NCBI RefSeq assembly: GCF_009914755.1
Contig: NC_060936.1
Length of the DNA stretch: 64,000 nt
Source: the human T2T-CHM13v2.0 reference genome, Homo sapiens
Direction: 5' to 3' (one strand)
In this document: positions 52,085-63,803 of the stretch, in pieces
Layout: each line of letters opens with the position of its first letter
Position numbering within the stretch: position 1 is the stretch's first letter
Program-made: the position numbers and the translations under genes
Notes under the pieces: generated by a model
What the model saw: the letters and a program-made list of their open reading frames with translations, nothing else
What the model was told of the DNA's origin: nothing
The model's database searches: none

Positions 52085-53739
52085 TAGGGATGGGAGACAG
52101 CTGTGCCCTCTTGCTCACTTGATCTGCCCAGGGTCTGCAGCAGAGGCTTGCAGTCTAGAGGCCACATCCTTCCATGCCCAAAGTGAGCAGGAGCTGCACG
52201 GGCTGGTAGGAGCTTGGGATTGCTGAGTCACAAGCGCTCCCTGTGTGGCCCTTTTTCGCTGCACCCACCCGCACCCCCTCTCGTGGCTGCACTGTGCATC
52301 CTCTGTCTGGGAAGAGCCCCTGGCCCCACTGCCCAGGCCCAGGATGGGCTTGATTGGGAAGAAGATGTGGTTTTGCCCCGCGTGCACAGCCTGTCCTGGT
52401 AGGGCTGCGGCGGCAGCGGGAATCGATGTTTATGGACTGGTGAATGATCACTCCTCTTCTACAAGGCTGGCAGGTGCTCTCTATTATCTGCTGCTCTTTG
52501 GCATCCCGGCCACACGTCATTTTGTGGTCCTTCTGAGGGCTGTTCCTCGGACTTTGTTCCTTCTGACAGCTTCGGCCCTACACCGGGCCCCCTAGGAGGT
52601 TCTGAACATGCCTCTACCTTCTTTTCCAGTTCCCCATGGAGGAAGAAGGCCTGTGGGTCAGTTTGAGAAGTAGAAAGATGCTGGCACCCAAGAAAGTGGA
52701 CTTAAGGCCCGCTGTCAGGTGGCCTGGGGATGGGGTATAGATGGAGGTGCGGGAGGTGACCTGCATCGTCCTGTAGCCTTTCTCCCAGAAAGAGGCATAG
52801 CTTATAATGGGGTGTGTGGGGACAGCACATGATAGATGCCCCCATCCCTCCCCTTCTCTGGTCCTTGCTATCTAGGCATCGCCGTGTTGGGGACTGGGCC
52901 ATCTCTCACCCATGCCTTCATCTTTGAAGCCCGGAACAGATTCAGGTTCTCCCTGCTCCCAGGGCTATACCAACCTAGAGTCTCACAGATGCCTTGATTG
53001 GAGCAAGCCCCCAGGCAGGGCAGGTGCCCCCCATACTGAGGCTAGGCCAGGAAGCCCAAACAGATGGGTAGCACTTCAACAGGGCCAACCCTGCTCCCAG
53101 CTAGGGGCCAGAGGACACCAAGCCCTTTGTGGAGCTGGGGGCCAGGACTGCTGGTGACTGGGCATTTATCCCACCACGCAGGGCCCTGACACCCCTGGAG
53201 GGGGGTAGGGGCTGTCCCCAAAGTCTCGGATAGAATCTCCTTCATCGTGGACTCTTCCACCCCAATATACACTTCGGGATTTTAGATTGCAAGAGGTGTA
53301 GGTATTGTAACAGGACTCACTCTCAACTGCTAGGGGTTTTGGTCAATTGGGGAAGGGTTACAAAGTTGGCTGGAGAGAATTGACAGTCTTGAAACATAAT
53401 TCAGGAGCTTTATAACTGCAGAGGCTTGCAGCCCCCAAACACGATGCCCCTTAAGTTTGGCCGTGGGTAGACATTCTCTCTTAGAACTGTCTCACATGGA
53501 GAATAACCCCATTCTGGTATAATCAAAATGTAACTGGGTTGTAGATATGCAAATGCTTTATGTAATGTTTATTTGGAGGAAAATTAGGCACAAAAATATG
53601 GGTGTCATCTCCCTGACACCTTTGTAAGTTGGTGAGATTAGGGGCTGCAAAGTGAAGGTATGAAGGTGAATTGGAGGCTTTGAGAGAAAGTGTGGGGTCC
53701 AACAGTAATGACCAAGGAATCATGCCATCTGGCTTGAAG

Positions 53740-53880
53740 TTATGCACCAGCTCAGTGTGAGACTAAACTGTGCTATGGCTGCCACTCAAGCCAATGGGGC
53801 CTTAGGCTGAATTACTAGAAGTATAGAGCTCAGAACGTAGGAGGGGAAGAGCTGGGTCCTACCATAGCTGGAGCCTAACT
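53740..53880 (+). mobile_element. L3/CR1 LINE remnant
   Basis: cagctcagtgtgagactaaactgtgctatggctgcc...gccaatggggccttaggctgaattactagaagtatagagctcagaac resembles the CR1/L3 RT 3' region. Confidence 0.65.
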
Positions 53881-54969
53881 TTCAGTTTGAGACAGGCCTG
53901 TTTTACTTGTTCTTAGTGGGCTTCTTGGGCAAAACTAGGATTGATGCATGTTAGCCACAGGGAAGTAGATTCTTGCATTAATAAGAAAGAATTCCTGGCT
54001 GATTAGAGGTATGCAGAAAAAAAAAAAAAAAGAAGAATGGAGTGCATTGTGGGATGGTGAGCATTCAGCCCCTGGGAGACCCGTGTGGCTGCATCCCACC
54101 CCATGGTTCCAAGGTGCTGTGGTCCTCCTACCTGCTGGGTGACTTCAGCAAAGATGTGTCTGTGACTTTGTCCCTTCATTTCTCTCCATGCAGAATTGGA
54201 GGCATCGTCTGCTCTCTTGCCTTCCCTGCCCCTCCTGCCTCTCCCTTTATGGCTGTGAGAATGAATGAGCTGCGGGGGCCCTTGGAGGCAAGGGGTGTCT
54301 GAAATACAAAGCAGCGGCTGCGCTCCTGGCACCGATGTATTGTCTCTGCTCCCCATGATGAAGTTCTTGGCAGGTCGGCTTCTTCCAGAGCCAGGCAGGT
54401 TCATTACTAGCCAGCATGTCAGGCTGTGAAATTAAAGCTGTTTTGGTTTTTTTCTTTTTTAAAAATTCTCCACATCCACTAATTTATTAAATGCCATTAA
54501 ATGTTGGGCCTGGCCTTGGCTCATAGAAACATTAGGGAGCACTCAGTCCTAGCATTTGAAAATTTCCTGCAAGCAAAAAGTGGATGAGGGTGTCAGGGGG
54601 GCCAGGTCAGGGGCCACCAGTGACATCTGATGCCAGAAGCCCAGGTGCCTTGTGGGGCTCTGCAGACACATGAGGCAGTGGGGATTAAAATAGGGCAGCA
54701 GAGGTGGGAGCAACCTGAGGGCACTGGGGGTTCCAGGAGTGGGGAAGACGGGGTGAAGAGGAGGCTGCTTTTTCAGGAGGATTTGCATGTCTGGGTCTGG
54801 TCCTGTTCCCCAGCTATGGCCCGCTCAGGCCCCTCCATCCATCCCCATCATTCATTCATTTATTCATTCCTCCAGCAAATATTTATCTAGTAATCCAGGC
54901 ATGTTCTGGGCCCTACAATGGAAGAAAAATGGATAAGACACAAACCTGGGTCCTGGAAGTGCATGTGTG

Positions 54970-55027
54970 TTTTTTTTTTTTTTCCCCAAAGTGCTGGGAT
55001 TACAGGCATGAGCCACTGCGCCCGGCC
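54970..55027 (-). mobile_element. Ultra-short Alu: 5'-most 44 nt joined directly to an A14 tail, with TSD
   Basis: T14-ccccaaagtgctgggattacaggcatgagccactgcgcccggcc; flanks gtgcatgtgtgttt / gtgtgtgtgtgttt. Confidence 0.88.
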
Positions 55028-56520
55028 GTGTGTGTGTGTTTAGTGAGGGTAGGCAGCAAGTCTACACAGAAGCCTGAGAGGTCCTAGGTGTGTCCTCTGC
55101 TGTGGGCCCGGCGCTGGCAGAGGAGTCATCCCTGGCGAGGGGCCGCTCCCACCAGTGGGAGACCGATGGGACCCATGAGATATGGGCAGTGGCTGCCCCT
55201 AGGATCTAAGCAGCATGGAAGTGGGTGGAGAAGCTCAGGACGGGGAAGCCCGAAGGGGGAATTGTGTCCCTCACCCCCAGAGAAATAGGATGCCTGCGTG
55301 AAACATACGTAACGACACGTGGCAGAAGCCTGTATTTAAACCACAGTCAGCATGGTTCAAACTGAAGACAAGGAAGACACCGTGGGGATATTAGCTAACT
55401 ACAAGACTTAACAAATGAGGTGAGGCTGGAGTGTGGGCTCACTGTATGGCCATAGCCTGACTGGGCCTCAGTTTACCTGCTGCGCGTATTGTGGATGGGC
55501 CCCTGGTGACAAAGAAGATCCTGATACAGCCTGATGACTTGAGGCTTTTCTCTGTGCTAGGGGCCTGCACCCTTTCCCTCCTCCGGAGTCAGGGCACGGC
55601 CCAGACCAGATCGCCCTGTGGGATTTGAAGGCGTTGCCAGCCCTGCTCTAGGCTCTGCGGATTTAACCACAAAAACAACAGACCCAAATCCTGGCCCTCA
55701 AGGAGGCCATTGGCAAATGTAAGGATGGGATTCGTCTTCTCAAATTTGGATGTGGATTTGTTTGTAGCCCTGATTTGAAGTTATTTTGAAATGCCTTCGG
55801 CTGGGGAAGGGGCAGGGGAGGCTTGGTACTCAGGCTGGCCCCTGGACCTGCACCTGCTCCGGGGAGGGTATCAATCAGGCCTGGACCACACCAGGAGTGG
55901 CTGGTGACCTTCTGCGGGTTGGTGCTAGCATTGCCTGGGGCCCAATCCCCTGAGTCACCCTGCCTCACCCCAGATTGTCCCATCGTGGGCTAGATTATAG
56001 CTCAGTCATCTCAGCTGAGACAAACCCCTGGTTTTGGAAGGGAATTTTCCCAAATGCCACCAGCTAAGCTCTCCGGCCCTGAGCTTTGGCTGTGCCACCA
56101 CAGACAGGCCTTGCCTCCTTCCTGTGCTATGTGCTGGGCTCCCTCCACCAGAGGCGGCTCCCCTGCCCTGCACCTCCCTCTCCTGCTCCTGCCGCACCCT
56201 CTCCCTGCCCGCTGCACTGGCTTCAGAGGTCAGCTTCCTGACTTCCCGCCCTCCTGCCTGTGCGGGGCAGGCCTGGCTCACCAAGACTTCATGGCCAACC
56301 TGTCTCTGCCATCACCTCCTCCCTCCTGCCCTTGCTCCCTCCCCGATCTCAGCCCCGGCTGTCCCCAGCTCACCAGCTGGCATCTTTGGGCATATCGCTG
56401 TCATTGGCTCTCCCTTCCCCACCGCTGGAGGGAACACATCAGATTCTTTCTCCAATGGCTGTTCTCAAGATGTTGGCAGCCCAAGGGTGGGTGCCTGGCG
56501 TGGGGGGATAGGGTAGGGGG

Positions 56521-56728
56521 CGGGGTTTCTCAAACTCTATTGACAATTGGGGCCAGACAGTTCTTGACTGTGTGGACTGTCCTGTGCACTGCGGGGTGTT
56601 TGGCAGCACCCCTGGCCTCTACTCACCAGGTGCCAGGAGCAGCCCCTCCCATTGTGGCAACCAAAAACGTCCCCAGACATGCCACATGTTCCCTGGGGAG
56701 CAGAATTGCTCCTGATTGGGAACCACTG
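56521..56728 (-). mobile_element. MER20 hAT DNA transposon, near full length
   Basis: cggggtttctcaa...ctgtcctgtgcactgc...cagcacccctggcctctactcac...caaccaaaaacgtccccagacat...gggaaccactg. Confidence 0.9.
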
Positions 56729-58092
56729 GGCTGAGGGCTGAGAGCACCATGTCTCAGACTCGGCTAAGACTGCGCCAGAGGGACCTAAGAAATGATCTCG
56801 TCCAAATCCCAAGTTTTAAAGGAAATTGGGCCTCCGAGAGCTAAAGAATCTTAAGGTCACACCAGGGAGCAGCATGATGAGAGAGGCATTTTAGGAAAAG
56901 AATCAGGCAGCTCTATGCAGGCTGGGCTGGAAACTAGAGGCCAGGGGCAGGGAGGGCAGTGGGGGCCGTGATCTGGACATGGGACCTGTGGCGAAGGCCC
57001 AGTCTTGGTGCCTGTCCCCTGTCAGTCGGAGGTCCCCTGGGAGCAGGTAGTGAAGGCTTCTGCACCAAATGCCAGAAACCAAGGTTTTGTCCCAGCCCAG
57101 CAGTGTGACTGGGGACTTCCTTGTCCCCCCGCTTAGCTTCCTGGAAAATCGAGGCGTGACCTTTGTGTTTTCTTCTTGCCGGGAGGCTCTGTTAGTGTTG
57201 GGCCATCAGAAGATGGGAGCAGAGAGCTCATCTCGGCAGGAGCCCCTTGAGGATGGGAGCGTGGCAGTGGGGATGTGCGTGGCACCCGCTGTACTGCACA
57301 GGCCTCCTCACTGGGCAGACGTGCACCATGCGTGGAGTTGTGCCAGGCGGGAGCTGTGATGGAGGCAGGAACAGGTTTGAGGGCTTGGAGAGGAAGCCTT
57401 CCAGTCCAGACTGCGCCCCCGTAGGGTAGGCCGCAGATCTTTCCTGGGGGCCTGGAGGACTTTGGACAGGAAATGGGAAAGGAAGCAGATTTGGGGACAG
57501 GGCACCAGCTGTGTTCCCTGAGAGGTAGAAGGCTCCCAGGTGGGTCTGGCAAGACCAAATCAAAGGATGTGGAGTGTGAAGTCAGAGAACCAGTTTGAAG
57601 AGAGGTGACCAGGTCCTGGAGTTTCTGACCTAAGAGGTTTTCCTAGGTAGAGGTACCTGAGCATCCCAGCACTTATCCCAGGAGGGAAGTGGAGAGAGGG
57701 CTCGGAAGGGGCCCCCCGCTGCAGGTACACCCACAGTGGGAAACCGCTTCAGGAGAAGGCTGTGCTTTGAGAACTTTTCCAGGCCCGAGAAGGGTCCGGG
57801 CTCTGAGCTCTGGGGTCCTGCGTGTCTCCAGCTGCAGCGTGTGGGGGCGCCCTGCAGCTCCCCTGCAGCGAGTACCTGCGGCAGTGGGGTTTCCGCTTAC
57901 TCATTCCAGGGTCTGGCTTTTAGAGCCATAAATCTTCAGCATGAAGATCATAAATTCTCCATGGTATGATTAATGAAAGAAAAATTGAGACGGCAGCATA
58001 GAAACTGACCAGATTGAAGAAAAGTCAGAGTGACTATTTGGATGAAAGTTTCAGCCATCGCCGGCGAACCCAGAGCTTCTGAACCAGCCTGG

Positions 58093-58110
58093 AGCGCCAC
58101 CTAGTGGCCG
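58093..58110 (-). promoter_or_regulatory. Strong CTCF motif (reverse)
   Basis: Minus strand reads CGGCCACTAGGTGGCGCT, a 14/14 match to CCASYAGRKGGCRS, within a CpG cluster. Confidence 0.8.
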
Positions 58111-58389
58111 TAGGCGGGGCTAGCCCCGTTCCCTGGCGAAGCTTTGTGATGGCCCAGTTGGGCGATGCTGTGGGTCTCAGTGTGCCCATTCTTTGGGAGC
58201 CCTGACCTGGTTCCATGTGGGGCTGCGCCAGGGGACAGGAGGCACAGGCCCACTCTCCACAGTGTGAAGGACCCAGGCAGCTGCTGGACGTAAGTCATTC
58301 GGACCCCCCTGCAGCTCCTTGCACTGTCTCTTGGTTAGTAATACGTGGCGGTGTCTGTTCCTACCTTTTTCTTCATGCACACCTTTCTG

Positions 58390-59300
58390 GTTCCCCATTT
58401 ATCAAAATCCTATTCATTCTTCAAAGCCCAGCAAGGCCTGTCAATGCCACCTTCAAAACATCTCAAATTGGACCATTTCTCACCGCTCCTCCGTAGCCTC
58501 CTGGTGTGAGTCGTCCCCAGCTCTCAAGCTGGTCTGGCTCCTGGGAAGAAAGAGAGGCTCGCAATTAGGCAGGGTAGGGATGCCCACGGGAAGGTGAGGG
58601 GAGGGGACAGACGCCTCCCTGAGGAAGGGCATCTCCTTCTTATTCCTCCACAAACCCAAGCCTAATCACAGCAGCCTCCCAGTTGCTCTCCTGGCCTCCC
58701 TCGGGCCCTCCCGCGGTCGCTTCTCCCAACAGCAGCCAGAGTGATCTGCTGAAAACCTCAGTGAGATCATGTCACTCTCCAGCTCTGGGACCTTCCCGTC
58801 ACACTGAGGACACTTGCACGTTTCCTTTACCTGCGAGGTCCCAGCTGGCCTGGCCCCCGGCCACCCTGCCTGCTTTGTCTCCTACCATGTGTCACCTCAC
58901 TCACTGTTGTAGCACACGGCCAGCGTGCTCCTCCTTGGCTGGCCAGGCTCCTTCCCACTCCGGGGCTTTTGCACCTGCTGTTCTCTCTGTCTGGAACGTT
59001 CTTCCCCCAGATAGTTATGTTGCTCCCTCCCCCTGTTTATTTGGGTTTTTGCTTAAACACCACCTCTTCCAAGACACCTTCGCTGCCCACACCCTCCCCA
59101 GTTATTTTCTGGCTCTTTACATTGCCTTATTTTTCTTCGTGGCGCATGTCAGCAACTGCAGTTACGTCATTTGTTGCTTACATAAGGTCAGTGTCTCCTG
59201 TAAGAATCTACTCTTCGTGAAGGCAGGGTCTTTGCCAGTGAGGTGTACCACTGTCTCCCCAGCTCGGAGAACAGGGCCTGGCACTGAATACGCAGGTGTT
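58390..59300 (+). mobile_element. L2 3' region interrupted by an inverted templated insertion at 58515-58660
   Basis: cagcagccagagtgatct...gatcatgtcactc...tttgcacctgctgttctctctgtctggaac...gaaggcagggtcttt...agaacagggcctggcac. Confidence 0.8.
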
Positions 59301-59471
59301 CACTTGGGTTTGTGGAGGAATAAGCGAAGGAGATGCCCTTCCTCAGGGAGGCGTCTGTCCCCTCCCCTCACCTTCCCATGGGCATCCCTACCCTGCCTAA
59401 TTGCGGGTTGCCCTGTCTCAGCCCTGAGCCTCTGTTTCTTCCCAGGAACCAGAGCAGCTTGAGAGCAGGGG
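58515..59471. repeat. Inverted duplication: 58515-58660 vs 59303-59471 with a 642-bp spacer
   Basis: 141/146 aligned bases identical, plus a 21-bp and a 2-bp indel. Confidence 0.95.
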
Positions 59472-60894
59472 CTGGGCTGATTCCTGGAGTCAGCATAGTC
59501 TGCACAGGCCCTGGCACAGAACAGCTGCCCGGGAAGTGCCTTTCCAGCAAGCAGTGCCCGGAGCTGGCCACCCACTTCACATAGCTTATTCCAATCTAAT
59601 TCTCACAGCAGTCCAATAGGAAGGGGATGATATTCTCACTCTGCATACGAGAGGTTTGCAAGCTCACACCACCAGGATAAGCTGGAGCCGGGAGTCCTGT
59701 TTGGGTCTGTGACTCCCAAGCCCTTACCACCTGCACTTTCACCCGGCATAGAATGTTCTCGTCCTCCATCTGCCCCTAGTCCACCCACCCTTTAGGGACT
59801 GCCTCCTTCAACTGGCTTCCATGACTGCGACAGTGATTGCCTCCTCTGAGCGCCCGTAGCGTTGACTGGGCACCAGTCCATCCCACCTGGGAGTGGTAGA
59901 TTTTGCACTTTGATTGCTCCCATCCAGCCAGAACAGAGGCCCCTGGAAAACAGGTCTTTAAAGTGGTTGTAGCTTTTCTGGCATGGCACACTGCATGCTG
60001 TAGGCACTCAGTAAATACTGTTTCACTGATTGATTGGCTCCTCAGACTCAGCACACTTCCCATGAGCTGGCGGAGGGAGTCGGGGAGTGCCAGCTATATC
60101 GAGCATAAAATAAGACAGATGTGGAGATTTGCAGCCGGTGAAATGGAAGCTTCCCCAGGTGGAGCTGGTGGCGCCGGCAGCCCCAGGGGTGCTGTTGGGG
60201 AGAGTTGCTTTTCGGTTTGGGGGCCGATCATGCCAGAGGCCAGCTTATTGGATGGGTGGTGAAGGCAGCCGTGGACTCCCACGTCCCGCACACTGGCCAG
60301 GCCCCCAGCCAGCCGATGACTACCTCCTTTCTCCATCTGTGGGAAATTGTTCTTCAGACTCCAGTGGACAAATGGCCCTTCGGGTCAGAGTAACAGGACA
60401 CAGTCGCTGGAAGTTCTGGCTCCAAGAAACCCGACTCCGAGGGTCCCTTCCCACCTCCAGAGATGAAGTCTTTCTTGCTTTTCCTGACCCCAGTTCTTCC
60501 CTCTCACCAGGCCTCCGTCTTGGACACTGGGGCCTCTTCTCTATCATGCAGAGTAACCTAACCACTCACATGTGTCCAGTACCTTCCATGTATTTGTTAC
60601 GCACTTTTGCCTCTGTGTGGTTTAATCCATCCTCAGAATGACCTGGGAGGCTCTTGAAACTGGCACAGTCTCCGTTGTCACATGGGGAGACTGAGGCACA
60701 GAGAGGCTAGGGGACTGTCTGGGTCACACAGCCGACATGCTTCGGGTCTGCAGCCCGACGGTAGTCCCGTTCTCACCTTGTCGGTTCTCACTTTGTCTGT
60801 GTCTCAGAGCATGGGGTGGGGACCTGCAGTGTTCCCAGGTCCATGGACGAATGTGAGAGCAGTGCCAGGCTAATGGGCTTTCCTTCCTTTCCAG

Positions 60895-61086
60895 CTCTGT
60901 GGCTGTGGGCTGCTGGGAGTGGGCATCTGGCTCTCCGTGTCCCAAGGCAACTTTGCCACCTTCTCCCCCAGCTTCCCTTCGTTGTCTGCAGCCAACCTGG
61001 TCATTGCCATAGGCACCATTGTCATGGTGACGGGCTTCCTCGGCTGCCTGGGGGCCATCAAGGAAAACAAGTGCCTCCTCCTCAGC
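60895..61086 (+). CDS. TSPAN9: Tetraspanin-9 internal coding exon, 192 bp (LCGCGLLGVGIWLSVSQGNFATFSPSFPSLSAANLVIAIGTIVMVTGFLGCLGAIKENKCLLLS; end of TM1, small loop, TM2)
   Basis: Acceptor tttccttcctttccag| with a CTAAT branch-like motif at 60870-60874; donor AGC|gtaagt; 64 codons, phase 0/0; tetraspanin GFLGCxGAxKE motif; matches my recollection of the human TSPAN9 protein. Confidence 0.97.
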
Positions 61087-61465
61087 GTAAGTTCTGTCCA
61101 AATCCCCAGCCCCTCCAACTCCTGATCTCCTTGCACTTGGACCCCTGGGACAGGCAAGACCTGGAATATTAGACACCTGGGTGTCCAACCTGAGCCCAGG
61201 GAAACTGCTTCTAGAACGTTCTAGGCTTGACCACACCCCTCCTCCTCATGGTTGGTTATGCCTACCCCTGGTTGTCCCTCCCACTCCCTGATTAGTCAGC
61301 TCCTTTATGTCCCTGTCCTAGCTATCTGGGTTTCCTCAGGAGGAGCTGGCTTCTCCCAGACCTGGGAAGCCCCACCTAGGCGCCGCCTGTCCCTGCCTTC
61401 CACACCCTCCTTGTCCTCAGCCCTGCCCATTACCACCTACCCATGCCTGGCCCTTTCCTTTCCAG

Positions 61466-61540
61466 TTTTTCATCGTCCTGTTGGTCATCCTCCTAGCAGA
61501 GCTGATCTTACTCATCCTCTTCTTTGTCTACATGGACAAG
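61466..61540 (+). CDS. TSPAN9: Tetraspanin-9 coding exon, 75 bp (FFIVLLVILLAELILLILFFVYMDK; TM3)
   Basis: Acceptor ccctttcctttccag|, donor AAG|gtaagc; 25 codons in frame with the previous exon; hydrophobic helix with the intramembrane Glu typical of tetraspanins. Confidence 0.97.
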
Positions 61541-62855
61541 GTAAGCCTTACCAGATGGGAGGGGGCATATGGAATGTCACTGCCCTTAGAGTTGGGCCAA
61601 GCAGGCCAGGGTCCCTTCCCTGGCCAGAGGAAGAGTGCTGGCAAGCAGCACCTGTGCAGAAAGGAACATGGAACCAAGGGTTGGGAAAGCTACCAAGGAA
61701 AGAGCAGATGGAAGGTTTTGATGGGGGCAGCACGGGGCAGGCAAATTTGGAGGATGGGAGAGTTGACTTTGTATAGTTCCAGGAAGTGGAATCCTCTGCA
61801 TGACCAGAGATGGCAGTGGGCTGCCTCTGGCGCTAGTGAGCTCCCTCTCACTGGAAGGAATTAAGCTACTTGGAGAAGGGATTCAGACCTCATCAGGTGG
61901 TTGGGCTGGGTGATTTGAGAGCAAACCATGAAAAACAAGGAGGAACTCTCTGGGCGACGCTGGCTGAGCAGGACTGAGGCACAGGGAAGCTCTGTTTCCT
62001 GCACTAGAGCCCTTGAGGACGGGCGCTGCTCCTGGGTTCAGGAGGATGGTGGGTGACCCCCTGTAACCTCGCCAGGCTGGGCAGTTCGCAGTCAAGAGCG
62101 AGGTTGGCCGGGATTTCAGTCTCTTGGGGCGTGGCAGGCCCTTTGGTACCATGCACTCCAGAACTGTGTAAGGAGCAGTTCTTGAAATAGCTGCCTGAGC
62201 CACACTGAAAGTTAGAGACATCGTTAGGATGAGAAAGAATAATCTTTTAGTTTTGCACTCGTGAAAAGGAAGAAAGAACAATTTTGAGAGATTTCTCTGT
62301 GCCAGCCCTGTTCTTGGCCCTTTTATGAGAATTGTTTCCCTTAATTCTAACAACAGCGCCATGAGTAGATGCTGCTGTTCAACATCGGGTAGAACAGCGG
62401 TGAGGGAGGTGAAGGTCACATGACCTGTCTTCCTCCCTCTAGTTCCCAGGGTGTGTTTTGAGAGGGGCAGTCTGTGGGGAAGCTGTGTAGTGGGGGGCGG
62501 GGGTGGCAGAGTGGCCTGTGTGTGTGGCTGGTCCTGGGATGGGGGAGTGGAGGCACGTGGTGTGTTTTTTTGCCTCTGGGTGTTACAGCCCTGGCCCTGA
62601 GTTTAGCTCTGCTGGGAGGCGGTGGGTGCACCAGGGCCTGCTGTATTCTGAAACTGGGAGTGTGTGCCTAACCCCGCACCTCTGTTGGGCCAGCAGAGGC
62701 CCCCACCCCAGTGGGCAGGGCCTTCCAGACCAGCTGCCTTCCCTGCCTTCCTCACTCCTCATCTGTCACCCACCATCCTGGGTGACCTGAGGTGGGCTGG
62801 AGAGACGAGCTGCGTCCTGGTTCCAACCGTCTCACTGTGTCCCTCCGCCTGGCAG

Positions 62856-62957
62856 GTGAACGAGAACGCCAAGAAGGACCTGAAGGAAGGCCTGCTGCTG
62901 TACCACACCGAGAACAACGTGGGGCTGAAGAACGCCTGGAACATCATCCAGGCTGAG
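62856..62957 (+). CDS. TSPAN9: Tetraspanin-9 coding exon, 102 bp (VNENAKKDLKEGLLLYHTENNVGLKNAWNIIQAE; helical start of the large extracellular loop)
   Basis: Acceptor ccctccgcctggcag|, donor GAG|gtgcgg; 34 codons; WxxIQ motif preceding CCG. Confidence 0.96.
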
Positions 62958-63671
62958 GTGCGGGCTGGGCCGCCCTGGTGGGGCCAGGCAGGGAGGAGGG
63001 GTGGCGGCCGGTACTTCTAGCTGCCTTCCCCGGTGACCTGGCCGGGCACCTGTGCTTTCTGGATTTTAGCCGGGAGTGGAGTGGTACCCACGGGGGCATT
63101 TGCCTGAACTGCTGAGTCAGATGTGATACAGCAAGGTACAGCCAGGGAGGGATGAGGATACAGGAGGGGCAGGCCTGAGAGAGCTGTGGCTGAGCTTTGG
63201 GATGAATGACTGAATTTATTTTAGCAACAGATTTGCCTCCATGATGGGGCTTGGCTTAGGTGAGGAGGCCCTGGCTCTAGGAGGAGAACAAGTCCATAGT
63301 CCCAGATGCTCCCATTTTAAGCCCTGGGGAGGGGCCGGCAGGGGGTTGGGTGGCAGTCAGCTTGGGACGGTTTACAGAAAGAGCAGAGGTGCTGGTGGGC
63401 AAGCACAGGGCTGAGCCAAGGGGCCCAGCCCGAGGGGTGGGCTGCATTGCCCTCTCCCGCTCTGGTCTCCAGGAAGGAGTGCTCACTCACTTCTCCAGTG
63501 GGCCCGGCTGAAGCCCAAAGAAGGGACAAGAAGCAAGCCCTTTGTCTCCTCCCTTAACTGCAGGGTGGCCACTTTTGCGGGGACTGGGGTTGGCCTGGGC
63601 AGGGGAAGGCCCTGGGGAGGAAGGGGCGGGCCATGGCATGTCTGACTGCCCCTTCCATTCCTGCTGGCCAG

Positions 63672-63803
63672 ATGCGATGCTGTGGTGTCACTGACTACAC
63701 AGACTGGTACCCAGTGCTGGGGGAGAACACGGTTCCCGACCGCTGCTGCATGGAGAACTCCCAGGGCTGCGGGCGCAACGCCACCACGCCTTTGTGGAGA
63801 ACG
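63672..63803 (+). CDS. TSPAN9: Tetraspanin-9 coding exon, 132 bp (MRCCGVTDYTDWYPVLGENTVPDRCCMENSQGCGRNATTPLWRT)
   Basis: Acceptor ttcctgctggccag|, donor ACG|gtgagg; 44 codons; CCG motif, PDRCC (PxxCC) motif, NAT N-glycosylation sequon; not present in the ORF track but in frame with the prior exons; the gene continues past the window. Confidence 0.96.

Noticed and set aside
50451-52226. Five long ORFs (410-591 aa) on both strands
   Set aside because: They are translations of a stop-free 24-bp minisatellite; no domain and no supported exon structure
58683-59462. 259-aa ORF
   Set aside because: Non-ATG start, lies across a decayed L2 and the inverted-repeat arm, no recognisable protein features
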